From: Candidatus Cloacimonadales bacterium
GTDB lineage: Bacteria; Cloacimonadota; Cloacimonadia; Cloacimonadales; JAFGVF01
Length of the DNA stretch: 64,000 bases
NCBI GenBank assembly: GCA_963677495.2
Contig: CAXXOU010000004.1
Location: 704,001 to 768,000, forward strand
Direction of reading: 5' to 3'
The notes under the pieces are model-generated. The model was given only the letters and a program-made list of their open reading frames with translations. It was not told where the DNA came from and searched no databases. This document shows, piece by piece, positions 19,064-28,470 of the stretch (position 1 is its first letter; every line of letters begins with the position of its first letter). A program made the position numbers and the translations under genes.

Positions 19064-20382
19064 GTGAGAGAATATACGATAAGTACATGAATGAGCTGTA
19101 TTTGGTTCTGAACAATACTTGGAAGAAGCAAGTCAAGAAAGCTGCACGTGATGCGATTGTTGAGCTCAGCTCTCTACCTGCAAGCCAGAAACCTGATAAT
19201 GAGTTTGTGGAAGAGATGATGCAGAATACTGTTAATCGCTTAACTACTGAGCTTGAAGGTGAGGTTGCTCCACAGGTTAGGAAGATCAATGAGAAGTGTT
19301 ATAGAATGGCTGGTGCTGACACTCAGAAGCCTTTGAATATCTCTGTTGGACTTTATGGCAACAAGCAGAAGGTGACAGTTGAGAAGGTTAATACTCAGAA
19401 CCTCTTCTGGATCAGGAAACACTTTGGAGCAGAGATTCAAGATAAACTGAAGGTCTCTTTAGCTGAAGCTCTTGATAAGGGTTACTCTGTACGTGAGTTT
19501 GGTGATGTGCTCAAAGGGCAGTTTAATAACCTGAATCAGAGCTCTCATTACTGGCGTGGTTTTGCCAATAATGCTATTGCCAGGACAAAGACGATTGGAT
19601 CTATTGAAGCAATGGAAAGGCATAAGATTGAGAAAGCTAAGATTGTGGCAAGGATGGATGATAGAACTACTGATATCTGCAGAGAGCTTAATGGCAGGAT
19701 CATTGAAGTTTCCCACATGATCGAAGCTAAGAATAAGATGCTTGATATTAAGACTGAAGGTAGATCTACTGAGGATGTTAAAGCTGAGATTCAAGCAGTA
19801 GCTCCCTTCTTCAGAAATGCAGATCAGATTAGAGGGAAGTCCACCAGAGAGATACAGTCTAAAGGAACCGGGGTTGGTATGCCACCATATCATTGGGGTT
19901 GCAGAACCAGGATCATTGCCTGGGTTGATGAGTTTGATGATCCCGGTGCTGTTACTCCCGGAAGTAACTCAGACCCTAATGACAAATATGCTAAGAACTT
20001 GACTCAAACAGAGATGCTTGAAAAGTGGAATGGAGTTAAGAGCAAGAGATATCCAACGTTCTCTGATGGTGATTTAGAGAGTGATTGGAAGAAACATGGT
20101 CAAAGAGAGTTTGGTTTCACAGATAAACGTGAGTATATCCAAAAAGCCAGGGACATATACAACAATGCAGATAGAGTGACATGCAGGACTTTTAAGGGAC
20201 AACTTCAATTCCAAGTATACAGCTTTGAGCAGAAGGGATATGTTGTTGTTGACACTAATAGCATAATCAGAGGTTGCTATGGACATTCAAAACCAGGTGG
20301 GACTGAGAATGCATATAACTATTACAAGAAACATTACTATGAGATAACACAACCGGAGGAAAAATGGCGGGACGTGAACTAA
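19060..20382 (+). CDS. MuF (phage head morphogenesis) protein with C-terminal putative toxin domain
   Basis: DDRTTDICRELNG and PPYHWGCRT MuF motifs; ~150-aa extension with KKHG.REFG.....EY...A. Confidence 0.85.
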   Translation: MSERIYDKYMNELYLVLNNTWKKQVKKAARDAIVELSSLPASQKPDNEFVEEMMQNTVNRLTTELEGEVAPQVRKINEKCYRMAGADTQKPLNISVGLYGNKQKVTVEKVNTQNLFWIRKHFGAEIQDKLKVSLAEALDKGYSVREFGDVLKGQFNNLNQSSHYWRGFANNAIARTKTIGSIEAMERHKIEKAKIVARMDDRTTDICRELNGRIIEVSHMIEAKNKMLDIKTEGRSTEDVKAEIQAVAPFFRNADQIRGKSTREIQSKGTGVGMPPYHWGCRTRIIAWVDEFDDPGAVTPGSNSDPNDKYAKNLTQTEMLEKWNGVKSKRYPTFSDGDLESDWKKHGQREFGFTDKREYIQKARDIYNNADRVTCRTFKGQLQFQVYSFEQKGYVVVDTNSIIRGCYGHSKPGGTENAYNYYKKHYYEITQPEEKWRDVN

Positions 20383-20627
20383 CTTATCAAGAGATTTTTC
20401 AAGAGCTTAATGAGCCTTTAAAGATGGACAGTTACTTGAATATGTGCATGAATATGGAGCATGAAGAAGGTTTAGTTGGGAATGAAGAGTTTAGAAAGAT
20501 CCTAAAGCAAAAGAAGAAGTTGATCATGAGTGATGAGCCTAAAGAGTTAACTCGTATGCTTAAGGGTTGGCGTGAGGAACATGACACTCCGAGAGACCAC
20601 TATTGGTGGTGGATTGATCAGTTATAA
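20364..20627 (+). CDS. Putative immunity protein for the MuF toxin
   Basis: Small ORF overlapping the MuF 3' end, ends P.DHYWWW. Confidence 0.6.
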   Translation: MAGRELTYQEIFQELNEPLKMDSYLNMCMNMEHEEGLVGNEEFRKILKQKKKLIMSDEPKELTRMLKGWREEHDTPRDHYWWWIDQL

Positions 20628-20628
20628 G

Positions 20629-20655
20629 AAAAGCCCCGGTTGACCGGGGCTTTTT
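20629..20655. terminator. Bidirectional intrinsic terminator
   Basis: AAAAGCCCCGGT-TG-ACCGGGGCTTTTT between convergent genes. Confidence 0.85.
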
Positions 20656-20689
20656 AACTATAAAGACTTAGTCTTAACGAAAGCAAATA

Positions 20690-21238
20690 CTACAATGAAA
20701 CAACTTCTCTTGCTCCTAAGTGACTATCTAATTGTAACTCAATATCCCTAGGATCAACAACATTAAAAAGAAGCTTTACTTTGTTAAAGTCTGAGTCAAA
20801 AGTATATAATATTGGTTTATCATCCATGACAGGGCTATCAATTTGCTTTTGTGACATTTTCGAGTAAACAGAAGAAGCAATATATCCGTCAGCCTTTATG
20901 CAAGATCTGCATTTACTAGCTTGCCCAGAGAATGATTTCGGGATTACTCTGCTACACATCTCTGCTTGCTTTAAGCCAAACTCAACAACCGTAAACATCT
21001 TAGTCAGGATTTCTGCTAGTCTAGCCTGTTTTTCTACAGGAACAAGTATCAGAAGTTCACTATATGAAATCGTAGATATACAGAAGTTGTATTGATCTTT
21101 TGCATTTTCATCTTTCAACTTCTTAAGCAACGCTAATGCTGACTCTTTCATCTCTTGTTCACTTTCATTCTTGGGAGCATCACCTCTAATAGCCCATATA
21201 AGGAAGCATGTATCAAAAAAAATGTTATTCTTCTTCAT
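20690..21238 (-). CDS. PIN-domain (VapC-like) ribonuclease
   Basis: FFDTCFLI, STISYSELL, ADGYIA and YTFDSDF acidic motifs. Confidence 0.8.
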   Translation of the reverse strand: MKKNNIFFDTCFLIWAIRGDAPKNESEQEMKESALALLKKLKDENAKDQYNFCISTISYSELLILVPVEKQARLAEILTKMFTVVEFGLKQAEMCSRVIPKSFSGQASKCRSCIKADGYIASSVYSKMSQKQIDSPVMDDKPILYTFDSDFNKVKLLFNVVDPRDIELQLDSHLGAREVVSL

Positions 21239-21259
21239 AAAACCCTCAGTATTAAAATA

Positions 21260-21973
21260 TTAATGTATATGAGCACCAAACTCTTTGATAAGTAAGTCAA
21301 AACCTTCATCAAGGGATATTTTATCATTCCTGTAATAATCAGTGAGTTCTAACATATTTACTTTATTGTTTTTCAATTCTCTACTATTATCTGTAACGAT
21401 ATAGGTTCCCTGAACTAATCCACTTATCACTAAGTTAGAGTATAAATGCTGAGCTAGCTCTATAGCCATATCTTTATCTATTTCTGCCTTTATCTCTAAA
21501 TTGTCGGAATTTCTAAATGTAGCTAAATGTTTAACATGACCTCCAACAGATTCTAAAACAACTTGATGTGTGGAATACTCTTTGAAATCTAGATATGAAA
21601 CTTCGCTTACTGGAGGATAATCAACTTCCGTAAGCTGCTTGAATGGTTTGTTGTAGTCTTCTAGGATGAAACAAGAAGTAGCACCATGCTTACTGTTAAT
21701 AGCCGACAATTCACTCAAGTCAGAATTTGATGTTTTTGCAATTCCATTAACGAGAAGTAAAGCAAAAGCAGTAGCCACACTAAATGTGAACCTAGCACAA
21801 CAATCTGTTAACTCACAAAGTTTAATTTCAGCTGATTGTCCCAGTTCATTGTTATGGTTAACTGAGGTAACTTGTTTGTTAATTGTTTTAAGGACTGTAA
21901 TGACTTCTTCCAGGTCTAGTTCGGAAAGCTTTGCTGGTGAATCAATAATATAATCAAATTTTGTGAAAGCCAT
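21260..21973 (-). CDS. Hypothetical protein, putative partner/antitoxin of the PIN gene
   Basis: GGAGGAGG RBS; lies 21 bp upstream of the PIN gene. Confidence 0.65.
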   Translation of the reverse strand: MAFTKFDYIIDSPAKLSELDLEEVITVLKTINKQVTSVNHNNELGQSAEIKLCELTDCCARFTFSVATAFALLLVNGIAKTSNSDLSELSAINSKHGATSCFILEDYNKPFKQLTEVDYPPVSEVSYLDFKEYSTHQVVLESVGGHVKHLATFRNSDNLEIKAEIDKDMAIELAQHLYSNLVISGLVQGTYIVTDNSRELKNNKVNMLELTDYYRNDKISLDEGFDLLIKEFGAHIH

Positions 21974-22197
21974 ACCTCCTCCATAATATGATTTTAACAC
22001 TAAATAGACAAAATTTCTTTTAACTTAAAAAACGACATGTCTAGTCAAACTGACAGTGACATTTATGTCAACCGTTTTGTTCTTGTACGTACAGTGACAA
22101 TAATAAAGTTTTGTGGACTGGAGGGGACTGGAGGGTTTGACGGAGTGTTGTTTTGCAAGGAAAATACCTTTAGAATAGAAACATTCGGAGGTATAGA

Positions 22198-22683
22198 ATG
22201 GCTGGAGTTATTCCATTAACAGTAGAACGGATAGTTAACCTTACAGGTTTGAACGGTTCGTTGAAGAGTAATCCGTTATGGGTACCACACCACACTGCGG
22301 CAGTCGCTGAGTTGGAAAAGTATCTGTATCCGGAATATTGCGATTACCTGGAGACCGGGGTTAGTGAGACGTATGAATCTCATGAGGCAACCTTGGGAGA
22401 AATGGCTGCTGCTATGTTTACTCTTAAACGAGTAATGCCTTTGATGAATCTGAATACAGTTGGTTCCGGGTTTGTACAGAAGACCGGGATTGATGCTGAC
22501 TCTACTGAGATCCTTTCTCATGACAGTTTAGGCAAGTATATCAAAACAATTGAATATCAAGCCCTTCTTACTATTGAACCTTATCTTAATGACTTAGGGT
22601 TACAGAGACTCAAACAGCTTAATACAACTCCAAAGCAAGCGATTAAAGCGATGCTTATTGTGAATGAGGATAACTTAGCATGA
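22198..22683 (+). CDS. Putative head-tail adaptor/virion protein
   Basis: First late-operon gene, GGAGG RBS; function by context only. Confidence 0.45.
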   Translation: MAGVIPLTVERIVNLTGLNGSLKSNPLWVPHHTAAVAELEKYLYPEYCDYLETGVSETYESHEATLGEMAAAMFTLKRVMPLMNLNTVGSGFVQKTGIDADSTEILSHDSLGKYIKTIEYQALLTIEPYLNDLGLQRLKQLNTTPKQAIKAMLIVNEDNLA

Positions 22684-23138
22684 ACGGTGAACTCTTTGCT
22701 CGAATGATAGAAACTCAGCTCATCAACAGGTTTGATAAGTTAGGTGTGTTTTTGTCAGGACAAGTCTATGATGAAGCAACTAACCAGGGCATTGCTGCTT
22801 CAGGCAAGTTCTTGGAAAATGTGGGCTACTCGGTCGAAAGACAGGGAACATTACTTACACTACACCTTGGATCCAATGTAGAATATGAGAAGTACATATT
22901 CGGTGGTAAGGTTCCCTCCTGGACTCCAACTGATGCACTTATCCCATGGGTGAAGCAGAAGGGATTGCAGTGGGTTGATCAGAATGGGAAAGAGATGTCA
23001 GCTAAGCAGATGGCGTTCCTAATCGCAAGAAAGCATTCACGTGTAGGTATTAAGGGTCGCAATGTCGTACAGCAGGTTATGAAGAAGCGTGAGAGCTGGA
23101 TAATATCACAACTGGAAAACTTAGAGGTGGATGTATGA
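22680..23138 (+). CDS. Neck/tail-completion protein (HK97 gp10-like)
   Basis: SG.FLENV, GSNVEY.KY...G..P and WVKQKG...AFLIARK...GIKGR patterns. Confidence 0.6.
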   Translation: MNGELFARMIETQLINRFDKLGVFLSGQVYDEATNQGIAASGKFLENVGYSVERQGTLLTLHLGSNVEYEKYIFGGKVPSWTPTDALIPWVKQKGLQWVDQNGKEMSAKQMAFLIARKHSRVGIKGRNVVQQVMKKRESWIISQLENLEVDV

Positions 23139-23548
23139 AACAAATCATAGCAATAAAAGCAGATGTATTGAAGGCTGTTGGGAGTGTTATTCCCTCTGCG
23201 AACATCTACACAAAGAGTACTATCATTCCGAAAACATATCCTACTGCGATGGTTGTTTCTACCGGGTTTAATCCTGATGGAACAAGAACCAGTCAGATGA
23301 AGGGTACCTACAGGTTCAACATCTACACAATTGTTGATGCTACTGACTACGATAAAACAGGAGACCAGTGGACTGCAGAGACTCCGGATCCTGAAGACAA
23401 TCTGTGGGATCTAATCCTCAAGATTGAAGAACAGCTATCAGATAGAGCACACAATATCACCAGTATTGATATTTATCCCGGTGTTGCTTCCGGTGGGAAA
23501 GAAACACTAATAGCTAAAGTAGGATTGGAGATAAAGGGCAAGTTATGA
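23135..23548 (+). CDS. Putative tail terminator protein
   Basis: Size, YP motif and position after the gp10-like gene. Confidence 0.45.
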   Translation: MKQIIAIKADVLKAVGSVIPSANIYTKSTIIPKTYPTAMVVSTGFNPDGTRTSQMKGTYRFNIYTIVDATDYDKTGDQWTAETPDPEDNLWDLILKIEEQLSDRAHNITSIDIYPGVASGGKETLIAKVGLEIKGKL

Positions 23549-24732
23549 GAATAGCAAAGGTAGCAGGACATAATGTTGCGATTGTGACAACTGAGGAGAT
23601 TACAAAGGACTATCTTCAGGGACAATGTATTGTTCAGAAATCTGACAAGTGGCTTAGTTGTGCAGAAACTACTGACGATAGAGCAAAGAGGCTCGCTGAG
23701 ATAGTTAAGCAACCTGAAGTGAGACCTATAATTGATATAGCTAAGATGATGGAGTTGCTTGAGGTTGATGGCTTCCATTCCGGTTGTTGTGATGCAATCG
23801 GTAAGGGTGCAATCATGAAGGTGGAGTGTAAGGATCTTAATGTGACAAAATGGCTTGAAAGCTACCAATCACAGGACAGTTTTCAGAAGCTTCTTCAGAT
23901 CTCCATTGAGGAGCGAGAAGCATGTGGTAATGGCTTTATCATGCTTCAAAGGAATCGCAAAGGTGAGTGGGTTGGTTTAGAGAGAATGCTTCCACAAGAG
24001 ATGGGTATAACCTTACATACTGATGAGAACAACTTCCTGAGACCTAACTTCATCCAGAGGAAATCAGGGAAGATATTGCCTATCCTAAATGAGGATATGT
24101 TCCACCTGAAAAAGTACACACATCGTTCCCAAATCTGGGGTGCAAGTTCAATACCACCTGCACAGGGAATCGAAACCCTGAAGCAGATTAAAGCCCTGGA
24201 TTTCAACAACTTTAAGAACGGACTATTGATAGACTATTTCATCATTGTGAATGGTGGAACTATAAAGGATTCAGAGGAATATGACGAGAATGGAGAAAAG
24301 GTCAATTCTCTTTCAGATCTGGAAGATGCACTTAGAGCTGCTACCGGGACAAAGAGAGGACATTCAACCGTGCTACTCGAATCTGAGGATCCTAACTCCA
24401 AGATTGAGCTTATCCCACTGAGACAGGAAGCTAAGGACGGTGCATTCATTAAACTAAAAGAGGAGATCAGGAATGAGATCCTTGCATATCATCGTGTACC
24501 TAAACGGATAATTGCTCAAGCAACATCCGGGCAACTTAGTGGAGATAACAACTCAGATATGATCATGTTTTACAATTTGGTACTTAAACCCATCCAGCAG
24601 GAAGTGGCAGAGATGCTGAGTCGCAAATTCAGAGAGGAGTTTGGTTGGACTGTGACTGCAAAGGATTGGGATTTCGGTAAACTAACAGACATCTTCAAGA
24701 CACCAGAGGAACTGGCATTGGAGGTAAGTTAA
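23545..24732 (+). CDS. Phage portal protein (PBSX/P2-Q-like)
   Basis: GNGFI...RN..G, NNFKNG, DGAFI..KEEIRNEILAYHRVP. Confidence 0.8.
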   Translation: MRIAKVAGHNVAIVTTEEITKDYLQGQCIVQKSDKWLSCAETTDDRAKRLAEIVKQPEVRPIIDIAKMMELLEVDGFHSGCCDAIGKGAIMKVECKDLNVTKWLESYQSQDSFQKLLQISIEEREACGNGFIMLQRNRKGEWVGLERMLPQEMGITLHTDENNFLRPNFIQRKSGKILPILNEDMFHLKKYTHRSQIWGASSIPPAQGIETLKQIKALDFNNFKNGLLIDYFIIVNGGTIKDSEEYDENGEKVNSLSDLEDALRAATGTKRGHSTVLLESEDPNSKIELIPLRQEAKDGAFIKLKEEIRNEILAYHRVPKRIIAQATSGQLSGDNNSDMIMFYNLVLKPIQQEVAEMLSRKFREEFGWTVTAKDWDFGKLTDIFKTPEELALEVS

Positions 24733-24863
24733 TGAATGGCAGGATGTCCAAGAAGCTGCGTAAGGACGCACGCAAAGCAATTAGGGAGCTACGAGAAATG
24801 CCCTTTAAGTGGAGATTACTTGTAGCAGGATTTATTCTATTTGGAAGAAAACACTACCGATAG
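24732..24863 (+). CDS. Small basic protein (43 aa) not in ORF track
   Basis: MNGRMSKKLRKDARKAIRELREMPFKWRLLVAGFILFGRKHYR; GGAGG RBS and TAATG coupling. Confidence 0.55.
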   Translation: MNGRMSKKLRKDARKAIRELREMPFKWRLLVAGFILFGRKHYR

Positions 24864-24872
24864 GAGGAACAA

Positions 24873-26891
24873 GTGTTTAAGAAAATTTTTAAGAAATGGA
24901 AACGGATAGCGAAGAGCGAACTGACTGAAGTTCAGGTTGAGCTCGTATCGTTGCTGTTTGATGACAAGAAACCTGCCAATGGTAAGACTTATACTTACAA
25001 ATCAACTGATGGCAAGACTATCAAGGCTGTAAGTAAGAGTACTACTACCAAGATCAAGAAAGATGAAGCAAAGGGTCTTGTCTATGTTACTATCATGGAA
25101 CCGGGAGTTACTGATTCTCAGGGTGATTCTTATTCAGAAGAGACTGTTCGTAAAGCTATGGAAGATGCAGCAGGACGCAACATCTTCAGGAAGTTTGATC
25201 AGAATCATAACATGGATGTGGTTGATGGTGTCACCATGGTTGAGAGCTTTATCCTTACCGGAAAAGATGAGAGATTCCCAGATGCTGCAAAAGGCTCATG
25301 GGTTGGTGTTCTGAAGTTTGATCAAAGCAAAGAGTTATGGCAGAGAGTTAAGGATGGTCGCTTTAATGGTGTTTCCATCTTTGGAAAGGCTGCTTATGAT
25401 GATGAAAATTCTGCAGAAACTGTTAAAGAGCTGATTGATAATCTTAAGCAAGTGAAGAAAGCTTTAGAAGAAGCCGGAAACAAAGAAGCAGCGACTGCTG
25501 TACAGACTAAGATTAATGAAATTGAGAAGAGTAACAACTCAGACATCTCTGAGATTGTTAAGAGCATAAAGAGCCTTGAGAGTACACTTACCAAGACCCT
25601 TGAGAAGGCTTTTTCAATGTCAATCAAAACAGAGGGAGGTGCACCTGTGATAGTGAAAAAAAGCTTTGGTGGTGTGCAATATGACTACAATGAGAAGTTA
25701 GTAGAGATTTATAAGTCTTTTGCTAATATCTATTCCGGTGACAACATGAACATGCTTGCTGACAACCTTGGTAATCAGTTCATGGATGCTACTCTTGAAG
25801 ATCCTAATGATGATACTTTATCCGATATCACTGTTGCTCCTCTTGGTAGAGACAACAAGATTGATAAGGGACTCATTAACGATATTATCTTAACTAATAC
25901 AGCTGATGGCACTGCACCAGAAGATGCTCATTCTCATGGTGACTTAGAAATATCCCCACAAGTACTTAAGGCTGATATCTCACTAAGCGAAGATACTGCT
26001 GAAGAGTATAGAGATTCTATGGGTGTGAATGAGTTTGGTGCATACATGGAGAAGAAAATCACTAATGGGGTTAAGACTGCTGTTAAAAAGCTTCTCTTTA
26101 AAGGTGATAGAACCGGAGCTACTGCGGTGAAAGCTATGAATGGTGTTATCAAGCTTGCTACAGCTAACGATGACATCACTGAGATTGATGGAGCTGACGT
26201 CTTAGCTCGCATTGACAATGCTTTGAGAACCTTCTCTGAGAATATGTTAGTCAACATGGAGAACTTCGTAATCTATCTCACACCTGCAGACTGGTTAGCT
26301 TTATCTCAGCTTAGAGATAAAGATAGAACTGATCAGGGTCGTCTTGTGAAAGAGAAAGGGAAGATGTGGCTTGATGGTATTCCTGTGAAGAAACGCTACA
26401 TGACAGCCGGATACATGATCATCGGTTTAGCTAAGTTCATCTGTCTTGGTTATATCAGAGATGCTAGATTGAAGATTGAGCATAAAGGCTCAGACTCTAA
26501 GTTTCACTGGTACCCAAGAATCCGTGCTGGTGTGAACTATGTACCAGGTGGCTTTGTGAAAGTATTCAAGTTTGTTGCTAACAAGGCTCCAGTGGCTTCT
26601 AATGTTGAGATCTTACAGGATGGATTGAATACCGGAGATGAGCTTGTAGGATCCTATGATTACTCTGATAGCTATGGTGATGTTGAAGGTGCATCAACCT
26701 TTAGATGGTTGAGCTCTGCAACTGCTAACGGTACTTATGCAGCTATTGCAGGTGCAACTTCTGATAAATTCGAGATCACTGCTGATCAGGCAACTAAGTA
26801 TATCAAATTTGAAGTAACTCCTAAAGATGAAAATGGAAATGCAGGTGCTGCAGTACTTTCAAGTGCTGTTGGTGCATGCACAAATGAATAA
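24873..26891 (+). CDS. Fused XkdF-like prohead protease + major capsid protein + C-terminal Ig-like domain
   Basis: VYVTIMEPG.TDSQGD, NH, VESFI, GSW, W..VKDG..NGVSI.G (XkdF); coiled-coil scaffold; LFKGD..NGVIK capsid; NKAPVASNV..YDYSD..GDVEG.S.FRW..IKFEVTP Ig-like. Confidence 0.8.
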   Translation: MFKKIFKKWKRIAKSELTEVQVELVSLLFDDKKPANGKTYTYKSTDGKTIKAVSKSTTTKIKKDEAKGLVYVTIMEPGVTDSQGDSYSEETVRKAMEDAAGRNIFRKFDQNHNMDVVDGVTMVESFILTGKDERFPDAAKGSWVGVLKFDQSKELWQRVKDGRFNGVSIFGKAAYDDENSAETVKELIDNLKQVKKALEEAGNKEAATAVQTKINEIEKSNNSDISEIVKSIKSLESTLTKTLEKAFSMSIKTEGGAPVIVKKSFGGVQYDYNEKLVEIYKSFANIYSGDNMNMLADNLGNQFMDATLEDPNDDTLSDITVAPLGRDNKIDKGLINDIILTNTADGTAPEDAHSHGDLEISPQVLKADISLSEDTAEEYRDSMGVNEFGAYMEKKITNGVKTAVKKLLFKGDRTGATAVKAMNGVIKLATANDDITEIDGADVLARIDNALRTFSENMLVNMENFVIYLTPADWLALSQLRDKDRTDQGRLVKEKGKMWLDGIPVKKRYMTAGYMIIGLAKFICLGYIRDARLKIEHKGSDSKFHWYPRIRAGVNYVPGGFVKVFKFVANKAPVASNVEILQDGLNTGDELVGSYDYSDSYGDVEGASTFRWLSSATANGTYAAIAGATSDKFEITADQATKYIKFEVTPKDENGNAGAAVLSSAVGACTNE

Positions 26892-26957
26892 CCTATAAAC
26901 TCACGGGATTAGCGAGTCACACTTCGTTGCGACTCACTTCTCCCGGTTGGAGGAATT

Positions 26958-27494
26958 ATGAAACGATTTATTAATGTGCTGTTGATAGTTATGGTTCTGG
27001 GAATGGTTGCAATGCCAGCTTTGGCTGCAGACGCATTTCCCCAAGCTCCTGATGTCGCACAGGTGACTGCTTCTGAAGAACATACAAGTGTACCTTGGGT
27101 TGCAATTTCAGGCTGGGTCATATTTGTCCTTGTAGCGGGGTTCTTCGCTTGGAAGAAATTCGTTAACAAGCAGGCTTTATCTCAATCTGAAGTTGATATG
27201 ATCTGCGATATGCTACCAGGTAAGAATGCAAGTTGGAGACCAATTGTTGAAAGGTTTGTGACTGCTATCTATGCAACTGAGGATTCCCATCGAGGGAAGA
27301 AGGGATATCAGAAAGCAGAGATAGCAACAAGAGCAGCCCTGGATATGTTGAAGTATGACGCAAAAGTCAATGACAGTAAAGTTAGCAAGCTCCTTAAAAC
27401 TGTAACCGGTGGGGCTAAAACCATCACTTCTGTGGCTTTTAATGCTTTAGTTAGTAATGGAGCCCAACAGCTTGTGAAAAGCATCAAATTTTAG
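26958..27494 (+). CDS. Membrane protein with signal peptide, possibly holin-like (LL-H-like C-terminus)
   Basis: Signal peptide ..PALA/AD, TM helix, then AIYATE....KGYQK. Confidence 0.45.
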   Translation: MKRFINVLLIVMVLGMVAMPALAADAFPQAPDVAQVTASEEHTSVPWVAISGWVIFVLVAGFFAWKKFVNKQALSQSEVDMICDMLPGKNASWRPIVERFVTAIYATEDSHRGKKGYQKAEIATRAALDMLKYDAKVNDSKVSKLLKTVTGGAKTITSVAFNALVSNGAQQLVKSIKF

Positions 27495-27502
27495 GGGGAA
27501 AT

Positions 27503-28033
27503 GTGGCACCAGTATCAAAACCAACCTTACCAGCCGGAACAGATCTCAGTTTTGCAGAACTACTTGATGGCTTGGAAGGTGGACATATCTACCTTGGAGA
27601 AGGCTCCTATGCAGATATCGCTGCGGTGAAAGCAGCTTTTTCTGATCAGGATGTTGCAGCAGCAACTTTGGCAGCTGGATTCATCTCTATGGGTGAGTTG
27701 GCTGAGAACCCAGGTAAAGCTAACAGCAAGGCTGAGAAGAAGAAAACTTACCACTATATCAAAGAAGGTAAGAGAACCAACGTCGTTGAGTTGCATCTTT
27801 CCGGTGTGACTGAAGAACAGAAGAACTATCTTGAAAGTTCTCTCAATTCAACAGCTAAAACCATCGTGGTTCAGAGTGATGATCTAAGCACTATAGTGGT
27901 GTTTAATGGTCTCAAATGGACGGCTGATTGGGATGGTGAGTTTGATGACTATTGGGACTGGACTATCAATACGGAATTTAACGGAGCGACTGCAGCTAAA
28001 ATCGTACCTCTTCAGTGCGATCCTGCAGCTTAG
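27503..28033 (+). CDS. Putative major tail (tube) protein
   Basis: 176-aa acidic beta-rich ORF after the capsid gene; context. Confidence 0.55.
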   Translation: MAPVSKPTLPAGTDLSFAELLDGLEGGHIYLGEGSYADIAAVKAAFSDQDVAAATLAAGFISMGELAENPGKANSKAEKKKTYHYIKEGKRTNVVELHLSGVTEEQKNYLESSLNSTAKTIVVQSDDLSTIVVFNGLKWTADWDGEFDDYWDWTINTEFNGATAAKIVPLQCDPAA

Positions 28034-28161
28034 ATAATCAAGGGAGCTGTGAATCATGTATGTGCTGACTGAGGAAACAGACAACAGACACAGCTCCCTA
28101 ACTTTTGTGGTTTCAAATTGCTACTTAATAGGTAGCAGCTTAAAACTTCAAGGAGGTAAAG

Positions 28162-28470
28162 ATGCCTAAAGGTGATATGAGTTTGAAAGAAGGCAAGAAT
28201 GGTCATGGAATACCTATTGCTAAGAGATTTAGTACTAAGAAGCATATTCTTTCCGGGAGTGATGCAGAAGAGATTAATGTGCCTGATACGGTTGGAGAGT
28301 GTGAAGTTGTGAGTTCTTCAGCTTTCACAGTTTATGAAACTGCCGGAGCTGATGGGTTCCCGGTTGCAGCTAATGAGAAAGAGTACTTACCATTGCTTTC
28401 TATGGATAGCTTCTGGGTTAAGGGTGAGAATGAGCAGGAAATCTACATCAAGTTTTATGGGTTGAAGTAA
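28162..28470 (+). CDS. Hypothetical virion protein
   Basis: AGGAGG RBS; beta-rich. Confidence 0.6.
   Translation: MPKGDMSLKEGKNGHGIPIAKRFSTKKHILSGSDAEEINVPDTVGECEVVSSSAFTVYETAGADGFPVAANEKEYLPLLSMDSFWVKGENEQEIYIKFYGLK

Noticed and set aside
28066..28080. Hammerhead ribozyme core (CTGACTGAGGAAAC)
   Set aside because: Spacing does not fit CUGANGA and there is no stem II between GA and GAAA.
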